NCBI GenBank assembly: GCA_036788215.1 | Contig: DAIQNV010000002.1 | Span: 37,074-101,073 of the forward strand | Reading direction: 5' to 3' | DNA from: Phycisphaerales bacterium | Lineage (GTDB): Bacteria; Planctomycetota; Phycisphaerae; Phycisphaerales; UBA1924 | Length of the DNA stretch: 64,000 nucleotides | Part shown: positions 1-9,597 of the stretch, piece by piece | Position numbering within the stretch: position 1 is the first letter of the stretch | How the letters are laid out: the number at the start of each line of letters is the position of its first letter | Notes under the pieces: model-generated | What the model saw: the letters and a program-made list of their open reading frames with translations, nothing else | Told to the model about the DNA's origin: nothing | The model's database searches: none | Position numbers and translations under genes: made by a program

Positions 1-490
1 CCGAGCGGAACGCCTTCTCCCAGTTATCGGTCTCGAGTTCCACCTCGTTTCCGACCCCCCACATCAGGACCGCTGGGTGGTCGCGGTGGGCCCGGACGAT
101 CCGCTCGACCTTCTCGAGCTGGCGAGCCTTGCTCTCGGGGTCGTCGTAGTCGAACCCGTGGCGCTCGTGCCCGAGCCAGATCCCGACGCAGACCGCCACC
201 CCCAGTTCGTGGGCCCGATCGAGCAGTTCCTCGATGCCCTCCCCGTCCCATGTGCGGATCGCGTTGCCCCCATGCTTCACGAGGTCCTCGAGATGGGTCT
301 GCGAGCCGCCGGCTCCCTTGATGACGAAGGGCTTGCCCCCCCGCAACAGGGCCCAGCCTTCCGCGGTCCGCTCGACCCGCACCGGGATCGCGCCCGAGGG
401 CTTCGCGTCGGTGGCGTCCTTCGAGCCGGCGTGGGCGCACGCGACGATCGCGATCGATGCGAGGAGGGCGAGAACGATCATGGTCTTCAT
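1..490 (-). CDS. Secreted glycoside hydrolase, clan GH-A TIM-barrel type (5' part only; gene runs off the window edge)
   Basis: ATG at 488-490 (minus). My own translation is MKTMIVLALLASIAIVACAHAGS (signal peptide) ...KPFVIKGAGG...HPAVLMWGVGNEVEL, with the GNE acid/base motif typical of GH2/GH5-like TIM barrels. It is absent from the ORF track because it has no stop in the window. Confidence 0.6.
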   Translation of the reverse strand, partial: MKTMIVLALLASIAIVACAHAGSKDATDAKPSGAIPVRVERTAEGWALLRGGKPFVIKGAGGSQTHLEDLVKHGGNAIRTWDGEGIEELLDRAHELGVAVCVGIWLGHERHGFDYDDPESKARQLEKVERIVRAHRDHPAVLMWGVGNEVELETDNWEKAFRS

Positions 491-648
491 GGCTGATTCC
501 CGGGTCCAGCGGCGTTTATCGGTCACATCCTTCGACGGTCACCCAGAACCGATGCGTCGACGGACCCGTAACTGTACCAAGGATCTGTCTCTGAAAGCGT
601 GTGCAACCGAAGGGAATCGTTGGCGGCGAGGGCCGATTTCACCCGAGA

Positions 649-662
649 AGAAACTGGTTTCA
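649..662. promoter_or_regulatory. Candidate LacI-family operator (AGAAACTGGTTTCA)
   Basis: Near-palindrome GAAAC-TG-GTTTC in the divergent intergenic region between the GH gene and the DUF1559 gene. It differs at 2 of 14 positions from the generic LacI/GalR half-site pattern TGAAACCGGTTTCA. A LacI-family gene lies 1.2 kb downstream. Confidence 0.3.
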
Positions 663-784
663 CAGAATTCAGACCGGAGCCTTGAAGTTTGTCTCACGAG
701 CCGCAATACTGATCGGAACAGTTACGACAATCGGCCCGCTGGTGCGTGACATCCCCGGCGAGCCCAGAATAACGAGGGCGAGTC

Positions 785-1846
785 ATGCTGAACACCACTG
801 CACAGAACCGACCGAAACTCGATCGGGTCGCGAGCCGTTCGCGGTCGAACCGGGACAATCATCGGGGTGGCTTCACCCTCATCGAGCTGCTGGTGGTCAT
901 CGCGATCATCGCCCTGCTCATCGGCATTCTTCTGCCCGCCCTGGGCAAGGCCCGCGAGTCGGGACGCGACGTGCTCTGCAAGAGCAACCAGCGCCAGCTC
1001 GTGACTTCCATGCTCACCTACGCCTTTGACTACAACGGCAAGTTCCCGCCCAACCTGGGCGACCCGACCTTCGTCGTCGACCCCGAGAACGGCAAGCGTC
1101 AGATGCGCTGGTTCGACGAGAACCGCTTGGGCAAGTACCTGCCGAACTTCGACACCTCTAACCTGCCGCCCGGCAACGCTCTCAACCGCAACGTCACCCT
1201 GGGCGGTGGCGTCATGGTCTGCCCGAGCCACCCCGATGGCGGACGCTCCTACTCCATGAACTACTGGGGTTCCTCCGTCGCTGAGATCGCTTCGCTCAAC
1301 TTCTCGGCCGGCACCGCTCAGTTCGCGGCGCCGGGCACGGTCGCCTCGAACACCCGCACCTTCCGGATGGGCCGTGCCTTTGACAGCGCGACCGATTTCG
1401 GGAGCAGCATCGTCCTGATCGCGGAGTCCTGGGCCCCCTATGGCACCGAGGACGAGGATTCGACCTTCTCGCTGCAGGGCAAGATCACCTACTTCACCTC
1501 CGAGACGATCGGTGCTGCGGAACTCCCCGGGCGTCGCTTCGGCGCCGGCCAGGGCGTGAACCAGCGCCCGTTCGAGTGGGGCAATCGCCCGCCGAACGCG
1601 AACGCGGCGGAGTTCAAGGGCGGCAGCCTGCTCCCGACCAGCTATATCCCCTACTACCGCCACCCCAAGCAGCTCGACGACACCTACGCCCTCGATGGCG
1701 GAGCGAACATGGCCTTTGTGGATGGCCACGTGTCCCAGTACGACGGGCGTGACCTCTTCGACCCGCAGACCGAGGCCAGCACCTACAAGGTGCTCTGGTC
1801 CCTGCTCGACCGCCAGCTCGAGCGTGACCTGACCGACAACCCGTAA
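785..1846 (+). CDS. DUF1559 / H-X9-DG protein with prepilin-type N-terminal cleavage/methylation domain
   Basis: N-terminus [30 protein letters not shown] (type IV pilin-like methylation motif). C-terminal [16 protein letters not shown] matches the H-X9-DG signature typical of planctomycete DUF1559 proteins. Confidence 0.9.
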   Translation: MLNTTAQNRPKLDRVASRSRSNRDNHRGGFTLIELLVVIAIIALLIGILLPALGKARESGRDVLCKSNQRQLVTSMLTYAFDYNGKFPPNLGDPTFVVDPENGKRQMRWFDENRLGKYLPNFDTSNLPPGNALNRNVTLGGGVMVCPSHPDGGRSYSMNYWGSSVAEIASLNFSAGTAQFAAPGTVASNTRTFRMGRAFDSATDFGSSIVLIAESWAPYGTEDEDSTFSLQGKITYFTSETIGAAELPGRRFGAGQGVNQRPFEWGNRPPNANAAEFKGGSLLPTSYIPYYRHPKQLDDTYALDGGANMAFVDGHVSQYDGRDLFDPQTEASTYKVLWSLLDRQLERDLTDNP

Positions 1847-1919
1847 ACTCGGTCGCCAGGCGATCGCGGACGGGTCGTGGTTCGGTGTGCGGTGTGGGTG
1901 CGTAGCGAAGGAGTCGACG

Positions 1920-2972
1920 ATGGCCTCGGTCAGAAAGCTCGCGGACAAGCTCGGGGTCTCGGTCGCCACCGTCTCCAGGGCCCTCAACAACCACCCCGAC
2001 GTCTCGGAGAAGACCAAGCAGCGGGTCCTCGAGGCGGCGCGGTCCGTGGGCTACGTCCCCAGCGTCGGCAAGCGCCCGACCAATGTCCTGGGCCTCATCT
2101 ACCCGGGCGAGGCGGTCGAGATCGAGTTCGGGGGCTTCGAGTCCGCCATGCTCAGCGGCATCCTCCGCGGAGCCAACGAGCGAGGCTACGACCTCACCAT
2201 CATCGCCCTCGGGCGTGACCTGCACGTCTCCGAGGACTTCACCCAACTCTTCCACCGCAAGGGCGTCCGCGCCGCCATCGTTCGAGGCATCGACACCTCG
2301 CAGCAGCTCGCGGAGCGGATCACGGGAGAGGGCTTCCCGTGCGTGCTCCTTGCCGACCGCTCGGAAGACACCGCGGTGAGCTACATCGACTCGCAGAGCC
2401 GGGCGACGACCAGGCGGGCGGTCGACCACCTCATCGGGCTGGGCCACACGCGCATCGGGCTGGCGATCCACAACATCCTCGACTCCGACCACATCGACCG
2501 CGAGCGAGGCTATGCGGAGGCCCTTGAAGCGGCGGGCATCCAGCGGGAAGAGTCTCTCACCGTCCGCGCCCCCGCCAACAACCGGGGCGGGGCGATGATG
2601 CTCGACCGCCTGCTCGAGCTGGACGAGCCCCCCACCGCCATCTTCTTCACCAACCCGATGTCGACCGTTGGCTCGCTCCACCGCTGCCTGCAGCTCGGCG
2701 TCCGCGTCCCCCAGGACCTGTCGGTCATTGGGGTGGACGACGCCGAGGTGCGCCTGCAGAGCTACCCCGCGTTCAGCGCGGTCTGCCAGGACGCGACCCG
2801 CATGGGGCTCGAAGCCTCCCGCCATCTCATCCGCAGGCTGGAGGGCGAGTCGGACGACACGCCCATCCGACTCCTGCACGAGACCACTTTCAACCTGCAC
2901 GACAGCACGGGACTGAAGCCCATGACGAGGCTCCACCTCGACAAGCAGCGGCAGCTCGTGCGTGTGACCTGA
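1920..2972 (+). CDS. LacI family transcriptional regulator
   Basis: N-terminal HTH MASVRKLADKLGVSVATVSRALNNHPDVSEKTKQRVLEAARSVGYVP followed by a periplasmic-binding-protein-like sugar-binding fold. Start moved to the internal ATG at 1920. Confidence 0.9.
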   Translation: MASVRKLADKLGVSVATVSRALNNHPDVSEKTKQRVLEAARSVGYVPSVGKRPTNVLGLIYPGEAVEIEFGGFESAMLSGILRGANERGYDLTIIALGRDLHVSEDFTQLFHRKGVRAAIVRGIDTSQQLAERITGEGFPCVLLADRSEDTAVSYIDSQSRATTRRAVDHLIGLGHTRIGLAIHNILDSDHIDRERGYAEALEAAGIQREESLTVRAPANNRGGAMMLDRLLELDEPPTAIFFTNPMSTVGSLHRCLQLGVRVPQDLSVIGVDDAEVRLQSYPAFSAVCQDATRMGLEASRHLIRRLEGESDDTPIRLLHETTFNLHDSTGLKPMTRLHLDKQRQLVRVT

Positions 2973-3012
2973 CGCGCACCCGGCGCGTCGGATCGGACCG
3001 ACGAGGACAGCC

Positions 3013-6000
3013 ATGACACCAGCGACCGTGGGCAACCACCCCCACACCACGAAGACGACGACGCGGACCGCCGCGGCGCCGAAGGACGGCCCCGTGGACG
3101 GCCCCGCCGACGGACGGTTCTCGGTCTTCGAGAACGCCCCCGCCTACATCATCGACGGCGCGGAGAACATGCCTCCGTTCCTGTCGACCGTGGTCACGGA
3201 CGCCGACCTTTGGCTGTACGTCTCCTCGTCGGGTGCCCTGACCGCGGGGCGGGGCTCGGCGGATCGCAGCCTCTTCCACTACGAGACCGACGACCGGCTT
3301 CATCGCATGGGGGGCCTGACCGGGCCGGTCACGCGGATCACGGTCGATGGCGAGCGGGCCTGGCTCCCGCTCGACCCGCGCGGGGCTGCCGAGGGCTGCA
3401 CGCGCCGCATCATGCGGGGCGACCAGGCCTCGTTCGTCGCCTTCGAGGAGCACCACCCCGCGCTCGGGCTCACCTTTCGGCAGGGGTGGTGGCTGAGCGA
3501 AACGCACGGCATCGTCCGTCGCTGCTGGCTCGAGCGTGACGCGGGCCAGCCGCCGGTCGAGATCGAGCTGGTCGATGGCCTGATGAACCTCATCCCCGCA
3601 GGCATCCCGGTCGAGCTGCAGCGCTTCGCCAGCACGCTGGCCGACGCCTACACGCGGTGCGAGCTGGACGATGACTCGGGGCTGGCGATCTACGCCCTCG
3701 AATCCCGCATCACGGACCGCGCCGAGCCCGAGGAGCCCCTGACCGCCAATGCGGTCTGGCACGCCGGGCTGGAGGGGGCGGAGGTGTTCCTCGACGAGGA
3801 GGCCTGGTGGCGGTGCCTCCGCGGCGCGGAAACGCCCGAGCCCGTGAGCCTGACGACGGGCCGGCGCGGCGCGTACCTCTGCAAGGCCCGCGTCCGCGTC
3901 GGTGCTGACGAGCCGGCCCACTGGGCGATCGTGGGCGATGTCGACCTCGACCACGCCCGCATCGAGACGCTGCGGGCCCGGCTCCGGTCGGCACCGACGA
4001 CGCCGGACGAACTCGCGGGCGCGATCCACGCGGACACGGGTCGCCTGACGCGTCTGCTCGACAACGCCGACGCCTCGCAGTGCAGCGCCGACCCGGCGCA
4101 GATCGCGTACCACCGCTGCAACACGCTCTTCAACGCGATGCGGGGCGGGGTGCCGGTCGACGGGTACCGCGTCGACCCGGTCGACTTCGCCCGCTTCCTG
4201 GAGCGACGCAACACGATCGCCTCGGAGTCGGCCCGCGGGATGCTCGCCTCCCTGGGTGCCGAGCCCACGATCCAGGACCTGCAGGAAGCGGCCCGGGAGA
4301 CCGGCGACCTCGACCTGATGCGCCTGTGCGCCGAGTACATGCCCCTGACCTTCGGCCGGCGCCACGGGGACCCGAGCCGCCCGTGGAACGCGTTCAGCGT
4401 CCGCGTCCGCAACGACAAGGGCGAGCGCGTCTGCGGCTACGAGGGCAACTGGCGGGACATCTTCCAGAACTGGGAGGGGCTCTGCCTCGCGTACCCCGAC
4501 CTGCTCCCGGGCGTGGTCTCGATCTTCCTGAACGCGTCGACCGCGGACGGGTTCAACCCCTATCGCCTGACGCACAACGGGATCGACTGGGAGTGCCCTG
4601 ATCCCCATAACCCCTGGGCCAACATCGGCTACTGGGGCGATCATCAGATCGTCTACCTGCTGCGCCTGCTCGAGCGCCTGCACGCCTGGCGCCCCGGCAT
4701 GCTCGAGACGGCGCTCGACCGGCCCGCCTTCGCGTACGCGAATGTGCCCTACCGTATCCGCTCCTTCGACGAGATCAAGGCCGACCCGAAGGGCACGATC
4801 GCGTTTGACACGGAACTCGACCGCGAGATCAAGCTGCGCGAGCGGGACTATGGCTCCGACGCCCGTCTGCTGGCGGGAACGGACGGGCGGGTGATCCACG
4901 TCACCCTGCTCGAGAAGCTGCTGGTGCCGGCGCTCGCGAAGATCAGCAACATCGTCCCCGGGGGCGGCGTCTGGATGAACACCCAGCGCCCCGAGTGGAA
5001 CGACGCGAACAACGCGCTCGCCGGCAACGGCGTCTCGATGGTCACGCTCATGCACCTCCGGCGGTACACGGAGTTCTGCATCAATCTGCTGAGTGAGCAC
5101 GACCACGGATCGATCACGCTGACCTCCGAGGTCGCGTCCTGGTGCGACCGCGTGCTCAAGGTGCTCGTCGAGTACCTCGAGCACACGCAGAGCGGCTGGG
5201 TGATGGACGACGCGGAGCGTTGGACCGTGACGACCGCCCTCGGACGGGCCTTCGAGCGGTACCGCGCCTCTCTCTACGACGCCGGCATCGGCCCGCGCCG
5301 CGAGTACCCCACCCGCGTGGTCACCGACCTCTTCCGGCTCGCCCGCCACTACTGCGACCACGCCATCCAGGCGGCGGAACGCGAGGACGGGCTCTTCCAC
5401 AGCTATGGCGTCCTGGAGCGTCCCGACGGGAAGCGGGCGTCCGTCCGCTGGCAGCCCGAGATGCTCGAGGGACAGGTCGCGGCGCTCAGCTCCGGCCGGC
5501 TGACGGGCGAGCGGGCAGCCGATCTCGTCGACTCCATGCTCGACAGCGGGCTCTTCCGCCCGGATCTGCAGACCTTCCTGCTGGCGCCGGTGCGGGAGCG
5601 TGCGTCGTTCCTCGATCGCAACATCGTCCCTGCGGAGCACGCGCCGGAGGATTCGCTGCTCGCCAGACTCGCGGACACCCGGGCCGAATCGATCGCCCGG
5701 CGCGACAGCGCGGGGCGAGTGCGCTTCGGCCCGGCGATGAACACCGAGCGGGACCTCCGCGCCGCCCTCGAGCGGCTCGCCCGGCGCGAGGGGTGGCACG
5801 CGCCCGTGACCTCAGGACGCGACTCCGTCCTGGCAGCGTACGAGGCGACCTTTCACCACTCGCTCAGCATGGGCCGGGCCGAGCAGATGCACAAGTACGA
5901 GGGCATCGGCTGCGTCTACTGGCACATGGTGTCCAAGCTGCTCGTCGCGGTGCAGGAGAGCGCATTCGACGCGCTCGACCAGGCCGAGCCCCAGATCACG

Positions 6001-6531
6001 ATCGATCGGCTCCGTTGCGCGTACCACCGGGTCCGCGACGGCATCGGCTTCAACCACGCGCCGCGCGACTTCGGGGGCTTCCCCTTCGAGCCCTACTCGC
6101 ACTCCCCCCTGCACATCGGTGCCCAGCAGCCCGGCATGACCGGGCAGGCCAAGGAAGGGCTGATCGCCCGCATGGGCGAGCTCGGCGTCCGCGTCCGCGC
6201 GGGCGAGATCCGGCTCGACCCGGTGCTCCTGCGCCGGGACGAGCTGGTCGACCAGCCGGCGGTCTGGCGGTTCATCGACGCGACCGGGGACCAGCGGGCC
6301 ATCGAGCTCCTGCCGGGCGAGATCGGCTTCACCGTCTGCGGGACCCCGTTCGTCCTCATGGTGAACGGCACGCCGGGCGTCGAGATCCGCCTCCGCGACG
6401 GCGGGGAGCACACCTCGGACGGGCTCACGATCCCGAGCGAGTACACCACCGAGATCGCAAGGCGTTCGGGCCGGGTCGAGGTCGTCCGGGCCATCGTGCC
6501 CGAAGCGATGCTGTACAACCCCGAGGCCTGA
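3013..6531 (+). CDS. Large (1172 aa) conserved hypothetical protein; possibly (alpha/alpha)6-barrel glycosidase/phosphorylase-like
   Basis: Long ORF with high GC3 and no signal peptide. Motifs include GYEGNWRDIFQNWEG, NIGYWGDHQIVYLLRLLE and WMNTQRPEWNDANNALAGNG. I cannot place these in a named family, and the function call is a weak guess from the LacI/GH neighbourhood. Confidence 0.7.
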   Translation: MTPATVGNHPHTTKTTTRTAAAPKDGPVDGPADGRFSVFENAPAYIIDGAENMPPFLSTVVTDADLWLYVSSSGALTAGRGSADRSLFHYETDDRLHRMGGLTGPVTRITVDGERAWLPLDPRGAAEGCTRRIMRGDQASFVAFEEHHPALGLTFRQGWWLSETHGIVRRCWLERDAGQPPVEIELVDGLMNLIPAGIPVELQRFASTLADAYTRCELDDDSGLAIYALESRITDRAEPEEPLTANAVWHAGLEGAEVFLDEEAWWRCLRGAETPEPVSLTTGRRGAYLCKARVRVGADEPAHWAIVGDVDLDHARIETLRARLRSAPTTPDELAGAIHADTGRLTRLLDNADASQCSADPAQIAYHRCNTLFNAMRGGVPVDGYRVDPVDFARFLERRNTIASESARGMLASLGAEPTIQDLQEAARETGDLDLMRLCAEYMPLTFGRRHGDPSRPWNAFSVRVRNDKGERVCGYEGNWRDIFQNWEGLCLAYPDLLPGVVSIFLNASTADGFNPYRLTHNGIDWECPDPHNPWANIGYWGDHQIVYLLRLLERLHAWRPGMLETALDRPAFAYANVPYRIRSFDEIKADPKGTIAFDTELDREIKLRERDYGSDARLLAGTDGRVIHVTLLEKLLVPALAKISNIVPGGGVWMNTQRPEWNDANNALAGNGVSMVTLMHLRRYTEFCINLLSEHDHGSITLTSEVASWCDRVLKVLVEYLEHTQSGWVMDDAERWTVTTALGRAFERYRASLYDAGIGPRREYPTRVVTDLFRLARHYCDHAIQAAEREDGLFHSYGVLERPDGKRASVRWQPEMLEGQVAALSSGRLTGERAADLVDSMLDSGLFRPDLQTFLLAPVRERASFLDRNIVPAEHAPEDSLLARLADTRAESIARRDSAGRVRFGPAMNTERDLRAALERLARREGWHAPVTSGRDSVLAAYEATFHHSLSMGRAEQMHKYEGIGCVYWHMVSKLLVAVQESAFDALDQAEPQITIDRLRCAYHRVRDGIGFNHAPRDFGGFPFEPYSHSPLHIGAQQPGMTGQAKEGLIARMGELGVRVRAGEIRLDPVLLRRDELVDQPAVWRFIDATGDQRAIELLPGEIGFTVCGTPFVLMVNGTPGVEIRLRDGGEHTSDGLTIPSEYTTEIARRSGRVEVVRAIVPEAMLYNPEA

Positions 6532-6682
6532 TCGTCGTCCCCCGACGACGGGGGAGGGGTGATCGCCCCGCCCCGCTCCGGTCCCGTCCCCTTCCACACG
6601 GACCGGTCCACCGAGGGCGCCATCAAGCGCCGGAGTGATGGCGTCGATACCCGACCGAGAACCCCCTCGGTCGGAGACCCCG

Positions 6683-8041
6683 ATGACCACCATCCCGCTC
6701 CCGCAGGCCTTCCCCGCCGCGTCCCCGATGCCCAAGCAGAAGGAGACGACGGTCGGGAACTACTTCGTCGCCAACTACCCGCCTTTCGGCCATTGGCGCA
6801 CCGACCGCATCAACGCCTTCCACGAGGCGCTCGACCACGACCCCTCGCCCGGGAACGAGCTGGGCGTGTACGCGCACATCCCGTTCTGCCGCAAGCGGTG
6901 CCACTTCTGCTATTTCCGGGTGTACACGGACAAGAACTCGTCGGAGATCCGGCGGTACCTCGACGCGATGGTCACCGAGCTCAAGGCGGTCGCAGGGCGG
7001 AGGTTCGTGGGCGGGCGCACGCCCAGCTTCGTCTACTTCGGGGGCGGCACGCCGAGCTATCTCTCGCCCGCGCAGTTCGACGATCTGACGCGGGAGATGA
7101 AGGCGGTCCTCCCGTGGGACGACGCCCGCGAGATCACGCTCGAAGCCGAGCCCGGCACGCTGAATCAGAAGAAGCTCGAGGCGATCCGCCGCATGGGCGT
7201 CACCCGCCTGAGCCTGGGCATCGAGCACTTCGATGACCGCCTGCTGGAACTGAACGGGCGGGCCCACCGGAGCAAGCAGACCCTCGCGGCCTACGAGGCG
7301 GCCAGGGGCGTGGGGTTCCCCGAGATCAACGTCGACCTCATCGCCGGCATGCTCGACGAGACCGACGAGGCGTGGCAGGACACGGTCCGCCGGACCATCG
7401 ATCTGGAGCCCGACACCGTCACCATCTACCAGATGGAGGTGCCCTACAACACGACGATCTACCAGCGCATGAAGGAGGAGGGCTCGCTCATCGCCCCGGT
7501 CGCCGACTGGGAGACCAAGCGTCGCTGGGTCAACGAGGCCTTCGCCGAGTTCGTCTCTGCGGGCTATACCGTGACGAGCGCCACCACCGTCGTGAAGGAC
7601 CCCGCGCGGAACCGCTTTGTGTATCGCAACGGGCTCTTCAACGGGTCGGACATCCTGTCCGTCGGCGTCTCCGCCTTCGGGCACATCAACGGCGTCAACT
7701 ACCAGAACGAGCACGATTTCAACCCCTACATCGACGCGGTGCACCAGCGCGGGGGCCTGCCCACCCATCGGGCGTACCCGCTCACGTTCGAGGAACGCTA
7801 CATCCGTGAGTTCGCGCTCCAGCTCAAGGCCGGGCGGGTGCTGGCCCTCCCGTTCGCGCAGAAGTTCGGCGAGAATCCGCGCCACCGCTTCGCCTCGGCG
7901 CTGCAGATCATCGATGGCATGGGCATGCTCGCCCGCGCGGATGACGAGGTCATCGAGGTCACCCGCGAGGGGCTGCTGCAGATCGACCGCCTGCTCTTCG
8001 AGTTCTTCCGCCCCGAGCACCGGCACGGGCGCTTCGCATGA
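6683..8041 (+). CDS. HemN-like radical SAM protein (coproporphyrinogen-III-oxidase-like / class C radical SAM family)
   Basis: HIPFCRKRCHFCYF CxxxCxxC cluster motif, YFGGGTPSYL motif, and HemN-like N-terminal NYPPFGHW. ATG at 6683 is preceded by GGAG; alternative starts at 6635 and 6638. The stop overlaps the next gene as ATGA. Confidence 0.85.
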   Translation: MTTIPLPQAFPAASPMPKQKETTVGNYFVANYPPFGHWRTDRINAFHEALDHDPSPGNELGVYAHIPFCRKRCHFCYFRVYTDKNSSEIRRYLDAMVTELKAVAGRRFVGGRTPSFVYFGGGTPSYLSPAQFDDLTREMKAVLPWDDAREITLEAEPGTLNQKKLEAIRRMGVTRLSLGIEHFDDRLLELNGRAHRSKQTLAAYEAARGVGFPEINVDLIAGMLDETDEAWQDTVRRTIDLEPDTVTIYQMEVPYNTTIYQRMKEEGSLIAPVADWETKRRWVNEAFAEFVSAGYTVTSATTVVKDPARNRFVYRNGLFNGSDILSVGVSAFGHINGVNYQNEHDFNPYIDAVHQRGGLPTHRAYPLTFEERYIREFALQLKAGRVLALPFAQKFGENPRHRFASALQIIDGMGMLARADDEVIEVTREGLLQIDRLLFEFFRPEHRHGRFA

Positions 8042-9597
8042 GCCCCGCCTCGCTCGAAGCCCGGGCCACGACCGGCCTCGCGACGCTCCCCACGGGCGCC
8101 GACTACATCGCCTCGCTCGACGACGACCGCGCCGTCTATCTCGACGGCGCCCGCGTGCGGGACATCGCCCATCACCCGGCGTTCCGCAACAGCGTCCGCT
8201 CCATCGCCCGCCTCTACGACGCCCTGCACGAGCCCGCGGGCGACGGGCTCACCGTGCCCTGCGACGCCGATCCGAGCCAACGCACCCACGCCTTCTTTCG
8301 CGCCGCACGCTGCGCCGACGACCTTCGGGACGCCCAGCGGGCGATCGCCGCCTGGGCCCGCCTCACCTATGGCTGGATGGGCCGCACGCCCGATTACAAG
8401 GCCTCCCTGACGACCACCCTCGGCGCCAACGCCGACTTCTTCGGCCCGTACGCGGACAACGCCCGTCGCTGGTACAGCCACGCCCAGGGGCACCTCCCCT
8501 TCCTGGGCCACGCGGTCGTCAACCCTCCGATCGACCGCCACCTGCCCGTCGAAGAGACCGGCGATACCGCGGTCCGCGTGGTCCGCGAGACCGACGCGGG
8601 GATCATCGTCTCGGGCGCGAAGGTCGTTGCCACCTCCGCCGCCATCGCCAATCACTGCTTCATCGGCCAGACACCCAACACCGCCTCCGACGACCCCGCC
8701 ATGGCGGTCTCGTTCATCGCCAGGCTCGACACGCCGGGCATCGCACTGATCTGCCGCAACTCCTACGAACTGGCCTCCCGCTCCGCCTTCGAGTCACCCC
8801 TCGCCTCCCGGTTCGACGAGAACGACGCGATCATCACCTTCAACGAGGCCCTCATCCCGTGGGAGGATGTCCTCATCCACCGCGATCCCGAGCGCGTCGC
8901 CCAGTTCTTCCCGCGCTCCGGCTTCGTCAACCAGTTCCTCTTCCATGGGTGTACCCGCCTGGCGGTCAAGCTCGACTTCATCGCGGGCCTGCTCGCCAAG
9001 GCGCTCCGTATCACCGGGGGCCACACCGCCCGGGGCAAGCGAGCCCTGCTGGGCGAGGTCATCGCCCACAGGCACGCCTTCTGGTCGCTCTCGAACGCCA
9101 TGGCCTCGAGCCCCGATCCCTGGGCCAACGGGCACGTGCTGCCGAATCACGACGCCGCGCTCGCCTACTGCGTCCTTGCGCCCGACGCCTACCCCCGCGT
9201 CCGCGCCATCGTGCAGCAGATCGTCGCCTCGGGACTCATCTACCTGCCCGCGTCCGCCGCGGATCTCGACCACCCGGAGACCGCCCCGCTGCTCGCCCGC
9301 TACGCCCGGGGCTCCGAGAACACCGACCACCGCGAACGCACGAAGATCATGAAACTCCTCTGGGACGCGGTCGGCACCGAGTTCGCAGGCCGCCACGAGC
9401 TCTACGAGCGGAACTACGCCGGGGGCTGGGAGTGCACCCGCCTCATGGTCGAGGCCTCCGCGAGGGGGCGCCGCAAACTCGACGCCATGGAAGCACTCGT
9501 CGACCGGTGCCTCGCGGACTACGACGAACAGGGCTGGACCACCGACACCTGGATTTCTCCGACATCGCCCGAAAGCATCCCCATCGACGCTGCCTGA
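8038..9597 (+). CDS. HpaB-family flavin-dependent monooxygenase (4-hydroxyphenylacetate 3-monooxygenase oxygenase component-like)
   Basis: 519 aa. YGWMGRTPDYKAS, VVRETDAGIIVSGAKVVATSAA and the C-terminal HpaB-type helical domain. ATGA overlap with the radical SAM gene and TGATG overlap with the next gene. Confidence 0.85.
   Translation: MSPASLEARATTGLATLPTGADYIASLDDDRAVYLDGARVRDIAHHPAFRNSVRSIARLYDALHEPAGDGLTVPCDADPSQRTHAFFRAARCADDLRDAQRAIAAWARLTYGWMGRTPDYKASLTTTLGANADFFGPYADNARRWYSHAQGHLPFLGHAVVNPPIDRHLPVEETGDTAVRVVRETDAGIIVSGAKVVATSAAIANHCFIGQTPNTASDDPAMAVSFIARLDTPGIALICRNSYELASRSAFESPLASRFDENDAIITFNEALIPWEDVLIHRDPERVAQFFPRSGFVNQFLFHGCTRLAVKLDFIAGLLAKALRITGGHTARGKRALLGEVIAHRHAFWSLSNAMASSPDPWANGHVLPNHDAALAYCVLAPDAYPRVRAIVQQIVASGLIYLPASAADLDHPETAPLLARYARGSENTDHRERTKIMKLLWDAVGTEFAGRHELYERNYAGGWECTRLMVEASARGRRKLDAMEALVDRCLADYDEQGWTTDTWISPTSPESIPIDAA

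Noticed and set aside
2890-5799. 969-aa ORF on the minus strand
   Set aside because: It is antisense to the 1172-aa gene. The composition is RPG-rich with no recognisable domains, whereas the plus-strand frame has coherent protein-like sequence.
7617-9596. The upstream 660 codons of the 871-aa plus-strand ORF that ends at 10232
   Set aside because: This part overlaps the radical SAM and HpaB-like genes out of frame and translates to RP-rich nonsense. Only the last 211 codons, from the ATG at 9597 that is coupled to the HpaB stop, look like protein.
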